A stretch of DNA of 64,000 bases, taken from a phage. How positions within the stretch are numbered: the first letter of the stretch is position 1; each line of letters begins with the position of its first letter. The notes beneath the pieces were generated by a model. The model did no database searches. It worked only from the letters and a program-made list of their open reading frames with translations, and was not told where the DNA came from. A program made the position numbers and the translations under genes. The DNA lies in the sequence record PZ019084.1. One strand, given 5' to 3'. This document shows, piece after piece, positions 58,359-64,000 of the stretch.

Positions 58359-59938
58359 GTAATAATACATATCAACACGTTTCTAATGAATCTCGTTATG
58401 TAAAATTTGATCCTACCGATACAAATTTTCCACCAGAGATTACTGATGTTCAGGCTGCTATAGCAGCCATTTCTCCTGCTGGCGTAAATGGAGTTCCTGA
58501 TGCATCGTCAACAACAAAGGGAATTTTATTTCTTGCCACTGAACAGGAAGTTATAGATGGAACTAATAATACCAAAGCAGTTACACCAGCAACGTTGGCA
58601 ACAAGATTATCATATCCAAACGCAACTGAAACTGTTTACGGATTAACAAGATATTCAACCGATGATGAAACCATTGCTGGAGTTAATAATGAATCTTCTA
58701 TAACTCCTGCTAAATTTACTGTCGCCCTTAATAATGCCTTTGAAACTCGTGTTTCAACTGAATCATCAAATGGGGTTATTAAAATTTCATCTCTACCGCA
58801 AGCATTAGCTGGCGCAGATGATACTACTGCAATGACTCCATTAAAAACACAACAGTTAGCTGTTAAATTGATTGCGCAAATTGCTCCTTCTAAAAATGCT
58901 GCTACAGAATCTGAACAAGGCATAATTCAGTTAGCTACAGTAGCACAGGCTCGTCAGGGAACTTTAAGAGAAGGATACGCAATTTCTCCTTATACGTTTA
59001 TGAATTCTACTGCTACTGAAGAATATAAAGGCGTAATTAAATTAGGAACACAGTCAGAAGTTAACTCGAATAATGCTTCTGTTGCGGTTACTGGCGCAAC
59101 TCTAAATGGTCGTGGTTCTACGACGTCAATGAGAGGCGTAGTTAAATTAACTACAACCGCCGGTTCACAGAGTGGAGGCGATGCTTCATCAGCCTTAGCT
59201 TGGAATGCTGACGTTATCCACCAAAGAGGCGGTCAAACTATTAATGGAACACTTCGCATTAATAACACACTTACAATAGCTTCAGGTGGAGCAAATATTA
59301 CCGGAACAGTTAACATGACTGGCGGTTATATTCAAGGTAAGCGTGTCGTAACACAAAATGAAATTGATAGAACTATTCCTGTCGGAGCTATTATGATGTG
59401 GGCCGCTGATAGTCTTCCTAGTGATGCTTGGCGTTTTTGCCACGGTGGAACTGTTTCAGCGTCAGATTGTCCATTATATGCTTCTAGAATTGGAACAAGA
59501 TATGGCGGAAGCTCATCAAATCCCGGATTACCTGACATGCGTGGTCTTTTTGTTCGTGGTTCTGGTCGTGGCTCTCACTTAACAAATCCAAATGTTAATG
59601 GTAATGACCAATTTGGTAAGCCTAGATTAGCTGTAGGTTGTACCGGCGGATATGTTGGCGAAGTACAAAAACAGCAGATGTCTTATCATAAACATGCTGG
59701 CGGATTTGGTGAATGGGATGATGCTGGAGCATTTGGTAATACCCGCAGATCAAATTTTGTCGGTACACGCAAAGGACTTGACTGGGATAACCGTTCATAC
59801 TTCACTAATGACGGATATGAAATTGACCCAGCATCACAACGAAATTCCAGATATACATTAAATCGTCCCGAATTAATTGGAAATGAAACACGTCCATGGA
59901 ACATTTCTTTAAACTACATAATTAAGGTAAAAGAATGA
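58355..59938 (+). CDS. 12: Short tail fibre protein gp12
   Basis: 527 aa, same as T4 gp12; gene order. Confidence 0.85.
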   Translation: MSNNTYQHVSNESRYVKFDPTDTNFPPEITDVQAAIAAISPAGVNGVPDASSTTKGILFLATEQEVIDGTNNTKAVTPATLATRLSYPNATETVYGLTRYSTDDETIAGVNNESSITPAKFTVALNNAFETRVSTESSNGVIKISSLPQALAGADDTTAMTPLKTQQLAVKLIAQIAPSKNAATESEQGIIQLATVAQARQGTLREGYAISPYTFMNSTATEEYKGVIKLGTQSEVNSNNASVAVTGATLNGRGSTTSMRGVVKLTTTAGSQSGGDASSALAWNADVIHQRGGQTINGTLRINNTLTIASGGANITGTVNMTGGYIQGKRVVTQNEIDRTIPVGAIMMWAADSLPSDAWRFCHGGTVSASDCPLYASRIGTRYGGSSSNPGLPDMRGLFVRGSGRGSHLTNPNVNGNDQFGKPRLAVGCTGGYVGEVQKQQMSYHKHAGGFGEWDDAGAFGNTRRSNFVGTRKGLDWDNRSYFTNDGYEIDPASQRNSRYTLNRPELIGNETRPWNISLNYIIKVKE

Positions 59939-61398
59939 CAGATATTGTACTGAATGACTTACCATTCGTTGACGGCCCTCCTGCAGAGGGCCAGAGCCGC
60001 ATTTCCTGGATTAAAAACGGCGAAGAAATATTAGGAGCTGACACACAATATGGAAGTGAAGGCTCAATGAATAGACCTACAGTTTCTGTACTAAGAAATG
60101 TTGAAGTTCTTGATAAAAACATTGGAATACTTAAAACATCTTTAGAAACCGCAAATAGTGATATTAAAACAATTCAGGGCATCTTAGATGTATCTGGTGA
60201 TATTGAAGCTTTGGCCCAAATAAGTATCAATAAAAAGGATATTTCTGACCTCAAAACGCTAACCAGTGAACACACAGAAATATTAAATGGAACTAATAAT
60301 ACGGTTGACAGTATTCTTGCCGATATTGGTCCATTTAACTCCGAGGCCAACTCTGTATACAGAACAATCAGAAATGATTTACTGTGGATAAAGCGTGAAC
60401 TTGGACAATACACTGGTCAAGATATTAATGGTCTTCCTGTTGTAGGAAATCCTAGTAGTGGAATGAAGCATCGCATTATTAATAATACCGATGTCATTAC
60501 TTCACAGGGAATACGTTTAAGCGAATTAGAAACAAAATTTATTGAATCTGATGTAGGTTCTTTGACTATTGAAGTTGGTAATCTCCGTGAAGAGCTTGGA
60601 CCTAAACCACCGTCATTTTCACAAAACGTTTATAGCCGCTTAAATGAAATTGACACTAAACAGACAACAGTTGAGTCTGACATTAGCGCTATTAAGACCT
60701 CAATAGGATATCCAGGAAATAATTCGATTATCACGAGTGTTAATACAAACACTGATAATATTGCATCTATTAATTTAGAGCTAAATCAAAGTGGAGGTAT
60801 TAAACAGCGTTTAACCGTTATTGAAACTTCTATTGGTTCAGATGATATTCCTTCGAGTATTAAAGGTCAAATCAAAGATAATACGACTTCAATTGAAGCT
60901 CTAAATGGAATCGTCGGTGAAAACACTTCATCCGGTTTAAGAGCGAATGTTTCGTGGTTAAACCAAATTGTTGGAACTGATTCTAGCGGTGGACAGCCTT
61001 CTCCTCCTGGGTCTCTTTTAAACCGAGTTTCTACAATTGAAACTTCTGTTTCAAGCTTGAACAACGATGTTCAGAACCTACAAGTAGAGATTGGTAATAA
61101 CAGCACAGGAATTAAAGGGCAAGTTGTAGCATTAAATACTTTAGTAAATGGAACTAATCCAAACGGTTCAACTGTTGAAGAACGCGGATTAACCAATTCA
61201 ATAAAAGCTAACGAAACCAACATTGCATCAGTTACACAAGAAGTGAATACAGCCAAAGGTAGTATATCTTCTCTGCAAGGTGATGTTCAAGCTCTACAAG
61301 AAGCAGGTTATATTCCTGAAGCTCCAAAAGATGGTCAAGCTTACGTTCGTAAAGACGGCGAATGGGTATTACTTTCTACCTTTTTATCACCAGCATAA
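59935..61398 (+). CDS. wac: Fibritin (whisker) wac
   Basis: 487 aa; long coiled coil; C-terminal foldon [27 protein letters not shown] matches remembered T4 fibritin foldon. Confidence 0.9.
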   Translation: MTDIVLNDLPFVDGPPAEGQSRISWIKNGEEILGADTQYGSEGSMNRPTVSVLRNVEVLDKNIGILKTSLETANSDIKTIQGILDVSGDIEALAQISINKKDISDLKTLTSEHTEILNGTNNTVDSILADIGPFNSEANSVYRTIRNDLLWIKRELGQYTGQDINGLPVVGNPSSGMKHRIINNTDVITSQGIRLSELETKFIESDVGSLTIEVGNLREELGPKPPSFSQNVYSRLNEIDTKQTTVESDISAIKTSIGYPGNNSIITSVNTNTDNIASINLELNQSGGIKQRLTVIETSIGSDDIPSSIKGQIKDNTTSIEALNGIVGENTSSGLRANVSWLNQIVGTDSSGGQPSPPGSLLNRVSTIETSVSSLNNDVQNLQVEIGNNSTGIKGQVVALNTLVNGTNPNGSTVEERGLTNSIKANETNIASVTQEVNTAKGSISSLQGDVQALQEAGYIPEAPKDGQAYVRKDGEWVLLSTFLSPA

Positions 61399-61401
61399 CA
61401 T

Positions 61402-61417
61402 GGGGCCGCAAGGCCCC
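61402..61417 (+). terminator. GNRA-loop GC hairpin after wac (terminator or RNA-stability hairpin)
   Basis: ggggccGCAAggcccc; only a weak T-tract follows. Confidence 0.4.
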
Positions 61418-61430
61418 AAAGGATTTTTAA

Positions 61431-63132
<1,702 letters not shown>

Positions 63133-63173
63133 TAAATATTATAAACTAATTAAAGCCCAGATTAGGAGAAATC

Positions 63174-63992
63174 ATGTTTGGTTATTTTTATAATTCGTCT
63201 TTTAGACGATATGCTACCTTGATGGGCGATTTGTTTTCAAATATCCAAATCAAACGTCAGTTAGAATCTGGTGATAAGTTTATACGTGTTCCTATTACGT
63301 ATGCATCAAAGGAACACTTCATGATGAAATTAAATAAATGGACATCGATAAATTCACAAGAAGATGTAGCTAAAGTTGAAACTATTCTACCTCGTATAAA
63401 TTTACATTTAGTTGATTTTAGCTATAATGCTCCATTTAAAACAAACATTTTAAATCAGAATTTACTGCAAAAAGGCGCAACTTCCGTAGTATCGCAGTAT
63501 AATCCATCTCCTATTAAAATGATTTATGAATTGAGTATCTTTACTCGCTACGAAGATGATATGTTTCAAATAGTTGAACAGATTCTTCCATATTTTCAAC
63601 CTCATTTTAATACAACTATGTACGAGCAGTTTGGAAATGATATTCCATTTAAAAGGGATATTAAAATTGTACTGATGTCTGCTGCTATAGACGAAGCTAT
63701 AGATGGGGATAATTTATCTCGTCGTAGAATTGAATGGTCATTAACATTTGAAGTAAATGGATGGATGTATCCTCCAGTAGATGATGCAGAAGGATTAATT
63801 CGTACTACTTATACAGATTTTCACGCCAATACAAGAGATTTGCCTGATGGCGAAGGTGTTTTTGAATCTGTTGATAGTGAAGTTGTTCCTCGAGATATTG
63901 ACCAAGAAGACTGGGATGGAACAGTAAAACAAACTTTCACTAGCAATGTAAATAGACCAACACCGCCAGAACCTCCTGGCCCAAGAACATAG
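63174..63992 (+). CDS. 15: Tail sheath stabiliser/terminator gp15
   Basis: 272 aa, same as T4 gp15; gene order. Confidence 0.8.
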   Translation: MFGYFYNSSFRRYATLMGDLFSNIQIKRQLESGDKFIRVPITYASKEHFMMKLNKWTSINSQEDVAKVETILPRINLHLVDFSYNAPFKTNILNQNLLQKGATSVVSQYNPSPIKMIYELSIFTRYEDDMFQIVEQILPYFQPHFNTTMYEQFGNDIPFKRDIKIVLMSAAIDEAIDGDNLSRRRIEWSLTFEVNGWMYPPVDDAEGLIRTTYTDFHANTRDLPDGEGVFESVDSEVVPRDIDQEDWDGTVKQTFTSNVNRPTPPEPPGPRT

Positions 63993-64000
63993 AGGTTATT

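Overview
This window is a contiguous segment of a T-even (T4-type, Tequatrovirus-like) phage genome, identified by reading the ORF translations against remembered T4 proteins; no database search was run. Coordinates 1-45700 are almost entirely minus-strand early/middle genes: clamp loader 44 (partial), clamp 45, rpbA, recombination nuclease 46/47, alpha-glucosyltransferase, late sigma factor 55, anaerobic RNR nrdH/nrdG/nrdD (no intron), endonuclease VII, nrdC, a long block of small and mid-sized early ORFs of unknown function, rI, tk, regB, lysozyme e, capsid-targeted internal proteins, 11 tRNA genes, 57A/57B, and genes 1, 3, 2, 4. From 45754 onward the plus strand carries the late baseplate and fibre module (53, 5, 5.1, 5.4, 6-12, wac, 13, 14, 15). 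Regulatory signals are dense and recognisable: T4 early promoters on the minus strand (several with a stem-loop in the spacer), TATAAATA late promoters, and many GC-rich UUCG-type hairpin terminators. Differences from T4 as I remember it: a plus-strand HNH endonuclease gene with its own late promoter between 45.2 and 46, no denV and no mobD at their expected positions, an intronless nrdD, and three extra tRNAs (Tyr, Asn, His). I did not find one clear-cut novel multi-gene system. The best candidates for follow-up are two extra internal-protein-like genes (37969-39131) with N-termini resembling the capsid targeting sequence, a nucleotidyltransferase-fold gene next to a P-loop ATPase gene (21390-23487), a macro-domain protein, a GrcA-like glycyl-radical protein whose C-terminus looks host-identical, and a tandem family of paralogous early proteins (15959-19948).
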